From: an uncultured Acidobacteriota bacterium
Lineage (GTDB): Bacteria; Acidobacteriota; Thermoanaerobaculia; Thermoanaerobaculales; Sulfomarinibacteraceae
Direction: 5' to 3'
Length of the DNA stretch: 64,000 nucleotides
NCBI GenBank assembly: GCA_963814875.1
Contig: CAWFFJ010000015.1
Coordinates: 138,908 to 202,907, forward strand
Shown: piece after piece, positions 38,979 to 50,392 of the stretch
How the letters are laid out: every line of letters begins with the position of its first letter
Position numbering within the stretch: the stretch's first letter is position 1
Translations under genes and position numbers: made by a program
Notes under the pieces: model-generated
Told to the model about the DNA's origin: nothing
Database searches by the model: none
The model's input: the letters and a program-made list of their open reading frames with translations, nothing else

Positions 38979-40449
38979 ATGCCCCGAGTTGCAGTTCTGA
39001 GCTGTGCCCTGGTCCTGGCGGTTGCCGCAGCCGGCTGTTCCCGGATCACCGAACCGCCCGCGCCGACCACGATCCCGATCACGACCACGTCCGAGCAGGC
39101 ACGAGCGAACTACCTCGAAGGGCGAGCGCTGCTCGAGTCGCTCCGGGCGACCGACGCGCGGTCCCACTTCGAGCGGGCGGTCGAGCTTGACCCCGGATTT
39201 GCGCTGGCTCACCTCGGAATGGCCAACACCGCTCCCTCGGCGGCGGAGTTTTTCGCCGCGCTCGACCGCGCCACCGCCGCAGTCGACAACGTCAGCGAGG
39301 GGGAAAAGCTGCTGATCGAGGCGCTCGCCGCCGGGGTCAACGGCGAGCCAGCACGTCAGAAGGAGCTCCTCGACGCCTTGGTGGCCGCATTCCCGGAGGA
39401 TCCGAGGGCATTGACAGGTCTGGCCAATTACTACTTCGGCCGCCAGGAGTGGTCCGAGGCCGCGTCGCGCTACCGGCGCGTCACCGAGCTCGAGCCGACC
39501 TTCTCCCAGGCCTACAACCAGCTCGGCTACGCCCTGCGCTTCGAAGGCGAATACGCCGGTGCCGAGGCCGCCTTCCAGCACTACGTCGCGCTTGTACCCG
39601 ACGAGCCCAACCCCTACGACTCCTATGCCGAGCTGCTGATGAAGATGGGCCGGTTCGACGAGTCGATCGCGCGCTACCGGGAAGCGCTCGAGCGCAATCC
39701 GAACTTCGTCGCGTCCTACGTAGGGATCGCGCTCGACCAGACCCTGCTCGGCAATGGCGACGTCGCCCGCGCGACCCTGGCCGAGCTCGAGGCGAAGTCC
39801 CGCAACGACGGAGAGCGTCGCGCGGCGTGCTTCCAGGCCGCGGTCACTCGCCTCCACGAGAGCGACGCCGACGGCGCGCTCGCCGATCTCACGCGTCAGT
39901 ACGCGATCGCGGAGGCCGCCGGCGACAAGGCCGCCATGGCCGGCGACCTCAACCTGATGGGGAACGTGCTGCTGTCCGCCGGACGGACGGATGAGGCGCT
40001 GGCGAAGTTCGAGCAGGGCGTCGAGACTTCGGATGCCTCGAACGCCACCGACGAGGTCAAGAATGGGGCCCACCGCAATCACGACTTCGACCTCGGTCGG
40101 GTCGAGCTCGCCCGCGGCGAAGCCGACGCCGCGGCTCGAGACCGCCGCCCGCTACCTCGCGGCGACCGAAGCCAGCGGCGTCGCCTTCGAGCGCTGGCAG
40201 GCCCACCATCTCGCGGGCCTTGTCGCAGGTGCGCAGGGCGATTGGACGACCGCGCTTACCGAGCTCGGACAGGCCAACCCGCAGGATCCCCGGGTGCTGC
40301 TGGACACCGCTCGGGCCTTGGTCGCGGCAGGCCGCCGCGACGAAGCGGCGACCGCCTGCCGCCAGGCCGCCGAGTTCAACGGCCTCGGGATCAACTACGC
40401 CCTCGCCCGGCCCCGGGCGAAGGCCCTCCTGGCCGAGCTCGGGGCGTGA
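38979..40449 (+). CDS. TPR-repeat lipoprotein, interrupted by an apparent +1 frameshift near 40125-40140
   Basis: Lipobox LAVAAAGCS, then multiple TPR units. The frame of 38979 is protein-like up to ...GRVELARGEADAA. The TPR-like C-terminus (LETAARYLAATEASGVAFERWQAHHLAGLV...) continues in frame +1 (track ORF 39991..40449). Confidence 0.65.
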
Positions 40450-40591
40450 CTGGGCAGAGGCCCTGAGCGATGAGTGGGAGGTCGAGACGCGGCCGGGGGC
40501 CTCTGCCCTGCGGGCTCGAGTCTGGATGCGCACAGCGCATCCCAAGCTGCGCGTGTCCTGGACCCCTCCGTGGGGTCCAGGGCGCGCGCTG

Positions 40592-41476
40592 CTACCTCAC
40601 GACCATCAGCCCGATCCGCAGCTGTGACGGCAGACGCTGGTCGTAGGTGCGCAGCGTCTCGCCCCAGCCGTTGAAGTACTGGACGTGGAGGTAGGCCTCG
40701 AGGTTGCCGCCGAGCAGTCTGTCGAGGGGGTAGGAGAGGTCGACCTGAAGACTGCCGTGGCCTGCCTTCGTCCCCTTGCGCACGGTCGCCGCGACCCCGA
40801 AGCCGTCGGGGTCCAACCACTCCGCGCGCAGGTCCACGTAGCCCCGGTACCCGGCAATGTCGGGGTTGTCGGAGAGATCGCCGATGTAGGCATAGAGCTT
40901 CGGTGCAATGCGGAGCTGCCCTCCGAGAACCTCGTCAGCCACGACGAAAGGCGTCACGTAGGCGATGTCGAAGCTGCGCGACTGCTCGCCGGCCTTGCCG
41001 TTGGACTCGTGCTCGAGCCCGTAACGCAGGCCGAACCGGGTCGTCTCGGAGAAGGTGTGGACCCGATCGCGCAGCACGAACAGGCTCGGCCGGTAGCTGG
41101 TGTCGAAGAACGGAGCCGAGGCGGCGCCGATGTCCCACAGCGAGGTCTGGGTGAAGCCGAGGTAGACACTGCGCAGCAGCGGCACGCGGCGTGCGGAGCG
41201 TCCTTCCGGGTCGAGGAAGCGATACTTGAAGCTGATCTGGAACTTGGCGGTGGTGCTGCCACGCCAGCCGAGCGAGAAGTACATCGGCTCGTTGGGCGAG
41301 AGCTTGCTCGCGAACTGCTGGAAGCGAGTGTCGCCGGGCTCCGCGCCGAACGTGGCCTCGGCGGCGGCGCTCGGGTTCGGGGTCAATCCCGGCGTCGGAG
41401 TCGCCGGCGATTCGGCAGCGGCAACGGCACGGGAGGCGAGCATCGCGAGCAGGACAACTCGGGCAATCGCCCTCAT
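40592..41476 (-). CDS. pldA: outer-membrane phospholipase A (OMPLA)
   Basis: Signal peptide MRAIARVVLLAMLASRAVAAA. YGLEHESNGKAG contains the H-x-S-N-G catalytic motif, and the rest is beta-barrel-like. The ATG overlaps the upstream stop (ATGA at 41473-41476). Confidence 0.8.
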   Translation of the reverse strand: MRAIARVVLLAMLASRAVAAAESPATPTPGLTPNPSAAAEATFGAEPGDTRFQQFASKLSPNEPMYFSLGWRGSTTAKFQISFKYRFLDPEGRSARRVPLLRSVYLGFTQTSLWDIGAASAPFFDTSYRPSLFVLRDRVHTFSETTRFGLRYGLEHESNGKAGEQSRSFDIAYVTPFVVADEVLGGQLRIAPKLYAYIGDLSDNPDIAGYRGYVDLRAEWLDPDGFGVAATVRKGTKAGHGSLQVDLSYPLDRLLGGNLEAYLHVQYFNGWGETLRTYDQRLPSQLRIGLMVVR

Positions 41477-42603
41477 CCGCGAGCCACCGCCTCGAGGAGG
41501 CAACCCCTGAGATGGTCACACCAACGGTCCCACTCGCCCTCCGGCGGGGCCACGGCCGAGACCCGCACCCAGCCCGGGGCGCCAAAGTCCTCCCCGGGCC
41601 ATAGACCGAGACCCCAGCGCTCGGCTGTGCGCTCGCACCATCCCAGCGAGGACAGCTCGCCGAGCACCGGCCTCAGGTCGCACCAGAGGTAGAACCCCCC
41701 CTCAGGCGGCTCGACCACGAGACCCGAGCCCTCGAAGGCCGCGCGAACCTCGATGAGGCGGGCACGGACGACGTCGCGCGCCGCCGTCAGCTCGGCCTCG
41801 TCGACGGCGGTCACCGCAATGGCGGCCTCCTGGGCCGGGGTGTTGGGCGGGTTGAGCAGGGCGCCCTGCCACCCCTCGACCGCCCGCGCCACCTCGGCGC
41901 TCGCCGCCACCCAACCGATCCGCCATCCGCACAGCGCATAGGTCTTCGAGAGGCTACGCACCTGGACGACCGTTTCGCGCCCCGGGTCCCAGGCGACCGG
42001 CGGGCGCGGCGCGTGAGGCCGCATGCGAAACGACTCGTAGGCCTCGTCACAGACCAGTCTGACGCCGTGCTCCCGACACGCCTCGACCAGTTTCTGCGCT
42101 TCGACCTCCCGCAGCACCCCTCCGGTGGGATTGCAGGGTGAGGACAGAACCAGCAGTCGGCTGCGCGGGGACAGCGCCGCCAGTACACCGTCGAGGTCCC
42201 AGCGGGCACCGCCGCCTGCCGCAGGGACCCGGACCACGCGGGCGCCGACGGCCGCGGCGGCGCGCGGGTAAGCGGGGTAGCAGGGCAGCGGACAGACGAC
42301 CTCGTCGTCGTCGGCGAGCAGGGCGCCGAACAGGGCGAGCAGGGCCGCCTTCGCGCCGTGGGTGACGACCACCTGGGAGGGCTCGACGGGCTGGCCCTGG
42401 CGCCGGTGAAGCTCGGCCAGGGCGGCACGGAGCTCGGGCAGGCCGCCCGCCGGTCCGTAGGGCACGCGGGCGGCGCCGGCGGCCCTGGAGAACGCGGCTC
42501 GAAGCCTCTCCGGCGGCGAGAAGAAGGGCTCTCCCACCAACCACGCCCGTGTCGGTCGGTTGGACCGCCCAAGCGCCGCGACGACGCGGTCGACCGCCGT
42601 CAC
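41473..42603 (-). CDS. class I/II pyridoxal-phosphate aminotransferase
   Basis: GTG 42603 overlaps the tyrA stop (GTGA). LSSPCNPTG and SLSKTYALCGWRIGW (PLP-lysine motif). 376 aa. The longer track ORF (to 43368) is a shadow over tyrA. Confidence 0.85.
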   Translation of the reverse strand: MTAVDRVVAALGRSNRPTRAWLVGEPFFSPPERLRAAFSRAAGAARVPYGPAGGLPELRAALAELHRRQGQPVEPSQVVVTHGAKAALLALFGALLADDDEVVCPLPCYPAYPRAAAAVGARVVRVPAAGGGARWDLDGVLAALSPRSRLLVLSSPCNPTGGVLREVEAQKLVEACREHGVRLVCDEAYESFRMRPHAPRPPVAWDPGRETVVQVRSLSKTYALCGWRIGWVAASAEVARAVEGWQGALLNPPNTPAQEAAIAVTAVDEAELTAARDVVRARLIEVRAAFEGSGLVVEPPEGGFYLWCDLRPVLGELSSLGWCERTAERWGLGLWPGEDFGAPGWVRVSAVAPPEGEWDRWCDHLRGCLLEAVARG

Positions 42604-43745
42604 TGCGGACCCCCGTCGACGGCGCCTGAGAGGAAGCGATCGGCCTCGCCCATGATCTCTGCGAAGCCCTCGCCGTCGCCCGCCTCCACCGCAGCGACCA
42701 GCTCCTCGGCGGCCGCCGCCAGCCGTCGACCGGTCTGGGCCGTGAGCCGGTTGAGCGCCTGAATCTGGAAGTAGAGCTCGGGGTTCTCGCCGGCGACCTC
42801 GCGGGTGGTGGCCAGCTGCTTCGAGAAGGTGACGCCAGCGACCTGGGCGAGATCTTCGGCCCCCACGCCGGAACGGCTCAGGGCCCGTGCAAAGACCAGG
42901 TTCGCGAGGTGGGTGAGCCCCAGAACCAGGCTCATCCGGCGGTCGTGGTCGGGGATGTCGAGCTCGACCAGGCGGACGCTGGTGTCGGCGAACAGCGCCT
43001 GGACGACCGCACGATCCGCGGGGTCGCCCTCGCGGCAGATCACGATCGTCCGCCCGCTCAGCATGCGCACGTCGGGACCGAACATGGGATGAAAGGAGAC
43101 CAGCCGCATCCCGCCCCCGCGCACGCGGGCCGTCACCGGCTCGAGGTGCCCCTTGAGGCTGCACATCTCCGCCACCACGCCGCGCGGCCCGACCTCCGCC
43201 AGCTCCTCGAGCAGCCCGGCGCAGACCGTCATCGGGACCGCGAGGACCACCAGGTCGGCATCGCGGGCGGCCGCGAGGTCGCTGGCTTCGCGAAAGAGCG
43301 ACGGCTCGGGCGCGGGGTCGAGCACGGTCACCTCGTGACCCTGGCCGGCGAGGAAGCCCGCCATCCATCGCCCCATCCCGCCTTTGCCGCCGACCACGAG
43401 CGATCTGAGGCGCTCGCCGGAATAACGGGCGTCGAGCAGCGTCGCCTGCTCCTCGACCGCCTTGTCGATCAGGAAGACTGCGAGGTCCCGGCCCAGGACG
43501 GGCTCGAGGTGGAGGTCGCGGCAGGCGCGCTCGAAGCGTCGGTGGACCTGCGCCTCGACCTCGAAGTTGCGCAGCGGCACGCCGCAGCGGCGCTTGAGCT
43601 CACCGATCTGGCGGGCGAGCTCGAGCCGCTCGCACACCAGGTGCAGGATCCGGCGGTCGAGAGCCTCGATGTCGCGACGGTGCTGATCGAGCAGCTCCTC
43701 GAGCCCGAGACCGTCGCCATCGTTGTCGCCCGACGCACTCGGCAT
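42600..43745 (-). CDS. tyrA: bifunctional chorismate mutase / prephenate dehydrogenase
   Basis: The N-terminal CM_2 helix pattern (IEALDRRILHLVCERLELARQIGELKR) is followed by a Rossmann GKGGMGRWMAGFL and the prephenate dehydrogenase core (SFHPMFGP). Confidence 0.85.
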   Translation of the reverse strand: MPSASGDNDGDGLGLEELLDQHRRDIEALDRRILHLVCERLELARQIGELKRRCGVPLRNFEVEAQVHRRFERACRDLHLEPVLGRDLAVFLIDKAVEEQATLLDARYSGERLRSLVVGGKGGMGRWMAGFLAGQGHEVTVLDPAPEPSLFREASDLAAARDADLVVLAVPMTVCAGLLEELAEVGPRGVVAEMCSLKGHLEPVTARVRGGGMRLVSFHPMFGPDVRMLSGRTIVICREGDPADRAVVQALFADTSVRLVELDIPDHDRRMSLVLGLTHLANLVFARALSRSGVGAEDLAQVAGVTFSKQLATTREVAGENPELYFQIQALNRLTAQTGRRLAAAAEELVAAVEAGDGEGFAEIMGEADRFLSGAVDGGPQ

Positions 43746-43784
43746 GGCGCCCTCCCTCGCCGAGCTCGCCGGCCCGGCGGTGGG

Positions 43785-44297
43785 TCAGAAGGTGTAGACC
43801 AGGCGTACCGACCAGGTCTGGTAGTCCAGGTTGAGGCCACCGATGTCTCCGGAGACGTTGTTCAACAGCGCCTCTGCCCGCAGCGTGCCGAGAAACGAGA
43901 AGCCGCCGCCGACGCTCCAGGTCGCGCCTCCGTTGGCGCCGCCGTCGGCGAGATCGCTCGCCGACACATCAGCGTAGCCGAGCCGTGCCGCGAGGTAAAC
44001 GGGTCCGAAGACGGTCAGACGCCCGACCGCGTAGAGGTGTGCGAAGCTGAGGTCTCCGCTGAGGCCGCCGCTGGCGCCGCGGCTGAAGCCGTACTCCGCG
44101 CCGACCCCGACATCGACGAACGGCAGGTCGGCGACGACCTCGAGGCCGAGCGTGTAGCCGGTGTCGGCGTCGAGGCTGATCGACCCGAGATCGAAGGAGC
44201 CCCCGAGGTCGAGCCCCGCGGTCAGGTTGAAATCGAGGGCCGCGGCGGGAAGAGCCGCGACGAGGACTGCAGCCACGAGAAACAGACGTCGCAGCAT
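43785..44297 (-). CDS. small outer-membrane beta-barrel protein
   Basis: It has a signal peptide ([16 protein letters not shown]), alternating Gly/aromatic beta-strand pattern, and a C-terminal ...VRLVYTF. Confidence 0.6.
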   Translation of the reverse strand: MLRRLFLVAAVLVAALPAAALDFNLTAGLDLGGSFDLGSISLDADTGYTLGLEVVADLPFVDVGVGAEYGFSRGASGGLSGDLSFAHLYAVGRLTVFGPVYLAARLGYADVSASDLADGGANGGATWSVGGGFSFLGTLRAEALLNNVSGDIGGLNLDYQTWSVRLVYTF

Positions 44298-44458
44298 CAG
44301 GTGCCTCCCGTGCGAGGGAGTCTACCTTCCAATCCACACCGCGTCACGCCGCGGGCGGCGAGCGCTACAACCTGGAACCGCGGAATAGCCATGATCGTGG
44401 ATCCCGTTGCCTGCCGCAGACGGCGCCCCGGAACCACCGCGGTGCCGAGGAGGTCGCG

Positions 44459-46921
44459 ATGACCGACCAGTCGACTGGGTTGCACCCCGAGGACACCCCC
44501 TCGTCCTTCCTCGCCGAGATCACGGATAACCTCTACCGCGCGCGGGGCTCGAGCCTCCACTCGGCGAGCGCCTTTGACTCACACTGGGCCCTGGCGATGA
44601 CCGTGCGCGACCGCCTCGTGGACCGCTGGCGGCGGACCACCGAGGCCCAGTTCGAGGCCAACCCGAAGTTCGTCTATTACCTCTCCGCCGAGTACCTCCC
44701 GGGCCGCCAGCTGGCGAAGAACCTGCTGATCACGGGCACTCTGGAGCTGGCGAGGAGGGCTCTCGAGCCGACCCCCGTTTCCCTCGACGGCCTGCTCGAG
44801 CTCGACCCGGAGCCCGCGCTCGGCAACGGCGGCCTCGGCCGCCTCGCCTCCTGCTACCTCGACTCGATGGCGACCCTCGACATCCCCGCGGTGGGCTACG
44901 GCCTCCGCTACGAACACGGGATCTTCCGCCAGAGCTTCCGCGACGGCCGCCAGATCGAGAGCCCCGACTCGTGGCTTCACTACGGCAACCCCTGGGAGTT
45001 CCCCCAGCCCGACGACATGGTCGAGGTCGGCTTCGGCGGCCGCACGGTCCACGCCACCGACCCCGACGGTCGGTTGACGGTCCGCTGGCAGCCCGAGAAG
45101 CGGGTCCTCGGCGAGCCGTACCACACCCTGGTTGCCGGTTGGAGCACCGCCACCGTCAACCTCCTCCGGCTGTGGCGGGCGCGGGCCACCCGCGAGTTCG
45201 ACCTCGAGCTGTTCGACGTCGGCGATTACGAGCGCGCGGTCGCCGACAAGGTCGACTCGGAGACGATCTCCAAGGTCCTCTACCCCAACGACGCCACCCC
45301 TGCGGGCCGCGCGCTGCGGCTGAAGCAGCAGTACTTCTTCGTCGCCTGCTCGCTGCACGACATCCTGCGCCGCTTTCGACTGCGCAACGACGACTGGACA
45401 ACGCTGCCCGACAAGGTGGCCATCCAGCTCAACGACACTCATCCGGTGGTCGCGGTTCCGGAGCTGATGAGGCTGCTCGTCGACGTCAACGGGCTCGACT
45501 GGGAGCCGGCCTGGGAGATCTCGCGGCGCTGCCTCGCCTACACCTGCCACACCCTGCTGCCCGAGGCCCTCGAGACCTGGCCGGTGGTGATGTTCGGCCG
45601 CCTCCTGCCGCGCCACCTCGAGATCGTCTACGAGATCAACCGGCGCTTTCTCGGCTCCGTCCGCGACCGCTTCCCGGGCGACGACGCGCGCGTCGCCCGG
45701 ATGTCGCTGATCGAAGAGCAACCTGAGCGGCGGGTCCGGATGGCAAACCTCGCCGTGGTCGGCGGCTGTGCCGTCAACGGAGTCGCCGAGCTCCACTCGC
45801 GCCTGCTGCGCGAGCACACCCTGCACGACTTCGCCGAGCTCTTCCCGGAGCGCTTCACCAACGTCACCAACGGCGTCACGCCGCGGCGCTTCGTCGCACT
45901 GGCCAACCCGCGCCTCGCACACCTGATCAGCGAGGCGATCGGTGACGGCTGGGTGCGTGACCTCGACCGCCTCGCCGAGCTCGAGCCGCACGCCGACGAC
46001 GCGGGCTTCCAGCACGCTTGGCGAGAGGTCAAGGCTGCCAACAAGGCAGACCTGGCGGCACTGCTTGCCCGCAGGGACGGAATCGAGGTCGACCCGGCGA
46101 CCGTGCACGATGTGCTCGTCAAGAGGATCCACGAGTACAAGCGCCAGCTGCTCAAGATCCTCGAGGTGGTGGCCGCCTATCACCGGATCGTGGACCAGGC
46201 CGAGCTCGACGTGGTCCCTCGGACGGTTCTGCTCGGCGGCAAGGCCGCCCCCGGCTATCGCGCGGCGAAGCTCATCATCCGGCTCGCCCACGCCGTTGCC
46301 GGAGTGGTCAACGGCGATCCCGCGGTCGCCGGCCGCCTGCGCGTCGTGTTCCCGGCCAACTTCGACGTCTCCCTCGGCGAGCGCATCTACCCCGCCGCCG
46401 ACCTCTCCGAGCAGATCTCACTCGCCGGCAAGGAGGCCTCTGGGACCGGCAACATGAAGTTTGCCTTGAACGGCGCGGTCACGGTCGGGACCCTCGACGG
46501 CGCCAACATCGAGATCCTGCAGCGGGTCGGCGACGACAACTTCTTTCTCTTCGGCATGACGGTCGACGACGCGATGCGGCGGCGCGAGCGAGGCTACGAC
46601 CCGCGCGCCGAGCTCGAGGCCGACGGGGACCTCCGCCGCGCCGTCGATGCCATCGCCGACGGCGCCTTCTCGACCGGCGACCGCGAGCTCTTTCGGCCGC
46701 TGGTGGCCTCGCTCGTCGAGCACGACTCGTACATGGTGCTCGCCGACTTCCGGTCCTACCTCGACTGCGTCTCCCGCGCGCTCGAGGCGACCCGCGACCA
46801 GGATGGGTGGACCCGGCGCTCGATCCTCAACACCGCCCGCTCCGGGTTCTTCTCCTCCGACCGCTCGATCCGGGACTACTGCGAGCGGATCTGGAAGGCC
46901 GCACCGATCGCGGTCGAGTGA
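44459..46921 (+). CDS. glgP: glycogen/maltodextrin phosphorylase
   Basis: 820 aa. [16 protein letters not shown], and [14 protein letters not shown] contains the PLP-lysine motif. Confidence 0.9.
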   Translation: MTDQSTGLHPEDTPSSFLAEITDNLYRARGSSLHSASAFDSHWALAMTVRDRLVDRWRRTTEAQFEANPKFVYYLSAEYLPGRQLAKNLLITGTLELARRALEPTPVSLDGLLELDPEPALGNGGLGRLASCYLDSMATLDIPAVGYGLRYEHGIFRQSFRDGRQIESPDSWLHYGNPWEFPQPDDMVEVGFGGRTVHATDPDGRLTVRWQPEKRVLGEPYHTLVAGWSTATVNLLRLWRARATREFDLELFDVGDYERAVADKVDSETISKVLYPNDATPAGRALRLKQQYFFVACSLHDILRRFRLRNDDWTTLPDKVAIQLNDTHPVVAVPELMRLLVDVNGLDWEPAWEISRRCLAYTCHTLLPEALETWPVVMFGRLLPRHLEIVYEINRRFLGSVRDRFPGDDARVARMSLIEEQPERRVRMANLAVVGGCAVNGVAELHSRLLREHTLHDFAELFPERFTNVTNGVTPRRFVALANPRLAHLISEAIGDGWVRDLDRLAELEPHADDAGFQHAWREVKAANKADLAALLARRDGIEVDPATVHDVLVKRIHEYKRQLLKILEVVAAYHRIVDQAELDVVPRTVLLGGKAAPGYRAAKLIIRLAHAVAGVVNGDPAVAGRLRVVFPANFDVSLGERIYPAADLSEQISLAGKEASGTGNMKFALNGAVTVGTLDGANIEILQRVGDDNFFLFGMTVDDAMRRRERGYDPRAELEADGDLRRAVDAIADGAFSTGDRELFRPLVASLVEHDSYMVLADFRSYLDCVSRALEATRDQDGWTRRSILNTARSGFFSSDRSIRDYCERIWKAAPIAVE

Positions 46922-46942
46922 GCCCGGGCCCGGTGAGTCTTT

Positions 46943-48268
46943 TCAGCGAGCCGGGGGCAACGACCGTACCAGCAGGAAGGAGCCGATGACCGCGGCGGCC
47001 AGGGACGCCGTCAGGATGCCGATCTTCGCGCTCGCGACCAGACCGGGGTCGGCGAAGGCGAGCCCGGCAATGAAGAGCGACATCGTGAACCCGATCCCGG
47101 CCAGGCATCCGACGCCCACAATCTGGCCCCAGGTCACCCCATCCGGCAGCGACCCGCGGCCGCTGCGCACGGCGAGCCAGCTCAGCAGCACGATCCCGAC
47201 CGGCTTGCCGAGCACCAGCCCCGCGACGATGCCGAGACCGACCGGGTTGGCCAGCGCGGCGCCCGCGCCCCCGCCGAGCGCGACCCCGGCGTTGGCGAGC
47301 GCGAACAGTGGCAGGATGAACCACACCTGGACGGGGTGGAGCGCGTGCTCCAGCGCGAGGCCGGCGGGGACCATCTCCCCGGACGCCTCGTGAAGGCCCT
47401 CGATGGCGTCGAGCTGCTCGGGGTCGTCGATCATGCTGTGCCGGCGAAGCTCCACCGACTCGAGCCGACCGAGGCGCTCACGGACGATTGCGAGGAAGCG
47501 CCCGGGCTCGATCCGGGCGCGCACCGGGATCACCATCGCGACCAGGATCCCGGCCACGGTGGCGTGGACGCCCGACGCGAAGACCGCGAGCCACACCCCG
47601 ACGATCAGCGGCGCCAGGACTGCGAGACGCCGGGCGCCTGTTTGGACGGCCACGAACAGCACGACCAGCAACACACCGGCGGCGGCCAGCGCGAGCCAGC
47701 GGATCTCGGCGGTGTAGAAGAGCGCGATCACCAGCACCGCGCCGAGATCGTCGGCGATCGCGAGCGCGGTCAGGAAGACCTTGAGACCGATCGGCACGCG
47801 GGAACCGAACACGGCCAGTACGCCGAGCGCGAAGGCGATGTCGGTGGCCATCGGGATGCCCCATCCCGAGGCCCCGAGCCCCCCGGCATTGAACGCGACG
47901 TAAAGCAGCGCGGGGGCGATCATCCCGCCGGCCGCCGCCGCGACCGGCAGCACAGCGCGGTCGATCGAGGACAGCTGACCGACCACTACCTCGCGCTTGA
48001 CCTCGAGCCCGACCACGAAGAAGAAGATGACCATCAGGCCGTCGTTGATCCAGTGGTGGAGCGTGAGCTTGAAGGCGGCATCGCCCCACGAGAGCCCGAT
48101 CTTGGTGTGGAGCAGGTGGTCGTAGAGCTCTGCCCACGGCGAGTTCGCCCAGATCAGTGCGGCCACGGTGCACGCCAGCAGCAGCATGCTGCCGACGACC
48201 TCCGAGCGCACGAACCACTCGAACCAGCCGCTGAAACCTCGCGCCGCCGACCCCGCGGTCCTCGCCAT
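46943..48268 (-). CDS. nhaA: Na+/H+ antiporter NhaA
   Basis: Start at ATG 48268 (MARTAGSAARGF...). WINDGLMVIFFFVVGLEVKRE and LAIADDLGAVLVIA are NhaA signatures. Confidence 0.9.
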   Translation of the reverse strand: MARTAGSAARGFSGWFEWFVRSEVVGSMLLLACTVAALIWANSPWAELYDHLLHTKIGLSWGDAAFKLTLHHWINDGLMVIFFFVVGLEVKREVVVGQLSSIDRAVLPVAAAAGGMIAPALLYVAFNAGGLGASGWGIPMATDIAFALGVLAVFGSRVPIGLKVFLTALAIADDLGAVLVIALFYTAEIRWLALAAAGVLLVVLFVAVQTGARRLAVLAPLIVGVWLAVFASGVHATVAGILVAMVIPVRARIEPGRFLAIVRERLGRLESVELRRHSMIDDPEQLDAIEGLHEASGEMVPAGLALEHALHPVQVWFILPLFALANAGVALGGGAGAALANPVGLGIVAGLVLGKPVGIVLLSWLAVRSGRGSLPDGVTWGQIVGVGCLAGIGFTMSLFIAGLAFADPGLVASAKIGILTASLAAAVIGSFLLVRSLPPAR

Positions 48269-48921
48269 CCTGGATCCCCCCTGCGATGTGGGCTTCGAAC
48301 CCGAGCGAGTCCGATGTGTTGATGCTAACCGCAATGTGGCGTTGACCCTTTCCCGCGCCTGGCACCCGTCGCAGCATCGCCTGCGCCACCGTCCGACGCA
48401 GCGAGTGGTCAGGACTGCACGCCACCGAGAGCCGACCAGACTCTGTAGCGCCAGGCCCTACCAGTCGGCCCAGCTGTGCAGCGCCTCGCGTCTCGGGCAT
48501 GAGCGAGCTTCCTGTCGGCGCACCCGTGAGGATCTGGTGCTACGGTAGCTCTCCCGCCGAGGCCGGTTAGCGCCGGTCATCCGCCGTGGGCTGAGACGGG
48601 TCCTCCGAGAGAGTGGCTGCGCGGCATCCGCCCATCGAGAGGCTCACTTTCGCGACGGGGTACGAGGCGAAGATCTCGCGGAAGATGTTCCCGAGCCGCT
48701 CGACCCTGGCCGCGGGGTCACGACCTCCGGACGTGCGTCGTCGGGCGCGACGGTGGTGCGGCCCGTGACGATCGTCGCTGGTGGCCTCTGCCCGGAGAGC
48801 GCCTCACGCAACCTCTCCTCGCTCTCCACCGTAGGATGGACCCGGGGGGCACCCGCTTGAGCTACCTGCGTTCAACCCGACTCCGCTCGCGTTGGTCCAC
48901 CCGGGCCCGGACGCTGCCGTG

Positions 48922-50187
48922 ATGCGCAGGGTTCAACGGCTGGTCGACGTCCGCCCCGGCGAGCGCGTCCCCTTGCTGCTCTCAGCCGCCTACTTTTTCC
49001 TCCTGCTGGCGAGCTACTACGTGCTGCGCCCGGTCCGCGACGAGCTTGCCGTGGCTGGCGGCGTACGCACGCTGCCGTGGCTGTGGACCGGGACCCTGGT
49101 GGTGACCCTTGCCGCTCATCCGCTGTTCGCCCTGATCGCGTCACGGCTGCCGCGGACCCGCTCGATCCCCATCACCTACCACGTGATCGCCGCCAATCTG
49201 GTGCTGTTCGCCGCCGGGTGGGCGCTCGTCTCTCCGGCCCAGGCGGTCTGGCTGGGACGCGGGTTCTACGTCTGGGTGAGCGTGTTCAACCTGTTCGTGG
49301 TGTCGGTCTTCTGGTCGTTCATGGCCGACACCTTCCGACCTGAGCAAGGCGCCCGCCTGTACGGCGCGATCGCGCTCGGCGGGACGCTCGGGGGAGTCGC
49401 CGGTTCAGGGTTCACAGCCCTCGCCGCCGAGCGGGTCCCGGCAGTGGTGCTGCTGGTGGTCTCTGCGGCGCTGGTCGAGGCGGCAGTGGTGTGCGTCACC
49501 GCTCTCGCCCGACGCTCGGTTCCAACGCGGACGGCGCCCGAGGCGCGTGACGTCGGGGTCGGCGGGGGCGCGCTCTCCGGCGTCAAGAGCGTCCTCGGCT
49601 CGCCCTACCTGCTCGGCATCTCACTGTTCCTCCTCCTCCACACCATCGCCGGGACCTTCGCCTACTTCCAGCAGACCGAGATCCTCGGCCTCGCGATCGC
49701 TGACCGGGCGGCCCGAACCGCCTTCCTTGCCCGCATCGACCTCACCGTCAACCTCCTGACCGCGGTGGTCCAGGGATTGCTCACCGGCCGTGTCCTGCAC
49801 CGGCTCGGCGTCGGGCTCACCCTCGGGCTGCTGCCGCTGGCGTGCATGCTCGGCTTCGGAGCGCTCGGCGCCATGCCCACGCTCGCGGTCCTCGCCGCCT
49901 TCCAGGTCACCCGGCGGGCCTCGAACTTCGCACTCTCCCGACCTGCTCGAGAGCTCTTGTTCACCGTCCTTGACCGCGAGGACAAGTACAAGGCGAAGAA
50001 CTTCATTGACACCTTCGTCTATCGCACCGGCGACCAGCTCTCGGCGTGGTCCTACGCCGGTCTGGCCGCGCTCGGGCTCGCCGCCGGGGGGCTCGCCACC
50101 GTCGCTTCGATGCTGGCAGCCGGTTGGTTCGTTCTCAGCCTGTGGCTCGGGCGACGCCAGTCGGCGCGCGCGGGCGAGGCGGCGTGA
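48922..50187 (+). CDS. MFS-type transporter of the Npt1/Npt2 (ATP/ADP-translocase-like) family
   Basis: About 12 predicted TM helices. The N-terminus ERVPLLLSAAYFFLLLASYYVLRPVRDELAV resembles the N-terminus of the 54400..57771 protein. The start is uncertain (TTG 48892, GTG 48919 or ATG 48922). Confidence 0.6.
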   Translation: MRRVQRLVDVRPGERVPLLLSAAYFFLLLASYYVLRPVRDELAVAGGVRTLPWLWTGTLVVTLAAHPLFALIASRLPRTRSIPITYHVIAANLVLFAAGWALVSPAQAVWLGRGFYVWVSVFNLFVVSVFWSFMADTFRPEQGARLYGAIALGGTLGGVAGSGFTALAAERVPAVVLLVVSAALVEAAVVCVTALARRSVPTRTAPEARDVGVGGGALSGVKSVLGSPYLLGISLFLLLHTIAGTFAYFQQTEILGLAIADRAARTAFLARIDLTVNLLTAVVQGLLTGRVLHRLGVGLTLGLLPLACMLGFGALGAMPTLAVLAAFQVTRRASNFALSRPARELLFTVLDREDKYKAKNFIDTFVYRTGDQLSAWSYAGLAALGLAAGGLATVASMLAAGWFVLSLWLGRRQSARAGEAA

Positions 50188-50392
50188 TAGCCTGCTCGCG
50201 TTGCCACTGCACGTCGCGAGGAGCATGGTACGGCGGCCGTGTCCGCCACCGCACGAGCGGTACGAGGTCGAAACCCCACACGGTGACGACCTCTGCACCC
50301 GGCTGAGGCCGCAACCTGGCCCTGACCGGCTGCACCCCGCTGGAGGATGTTGAGGCGATGAGGCCCGCTGCAGCACGTGGACGCGTCCCTTC

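Noticed and set aside
42604-43368. An N-terminal 255-codon extension of the aminotransferase ORF (track 41473..43368).
   Set aside because: It is Arg/Gly/Pro-rich and completely overlaps tyrA, which reads in another frame of the same strand. A GTG at 42603 coupled to the tyrA stop gives a normal-length aminotransferase.
48269-48921. A 650-bp gap between nhaA and the Npt-like transporter. It contains the 61-aa ORF 48644..48829 (-) and a protein-like minus-strand stretch (RVERLGNIFREIFASYPVAKVSLSMGGC) in another frame.
   Set aside because: The two pieces are in different frames. There is no convincing start or RBS, the composition is partly low-complexity, and no family is recognised. It could be another frameshifted small gene, but the evidence is too thin to call.
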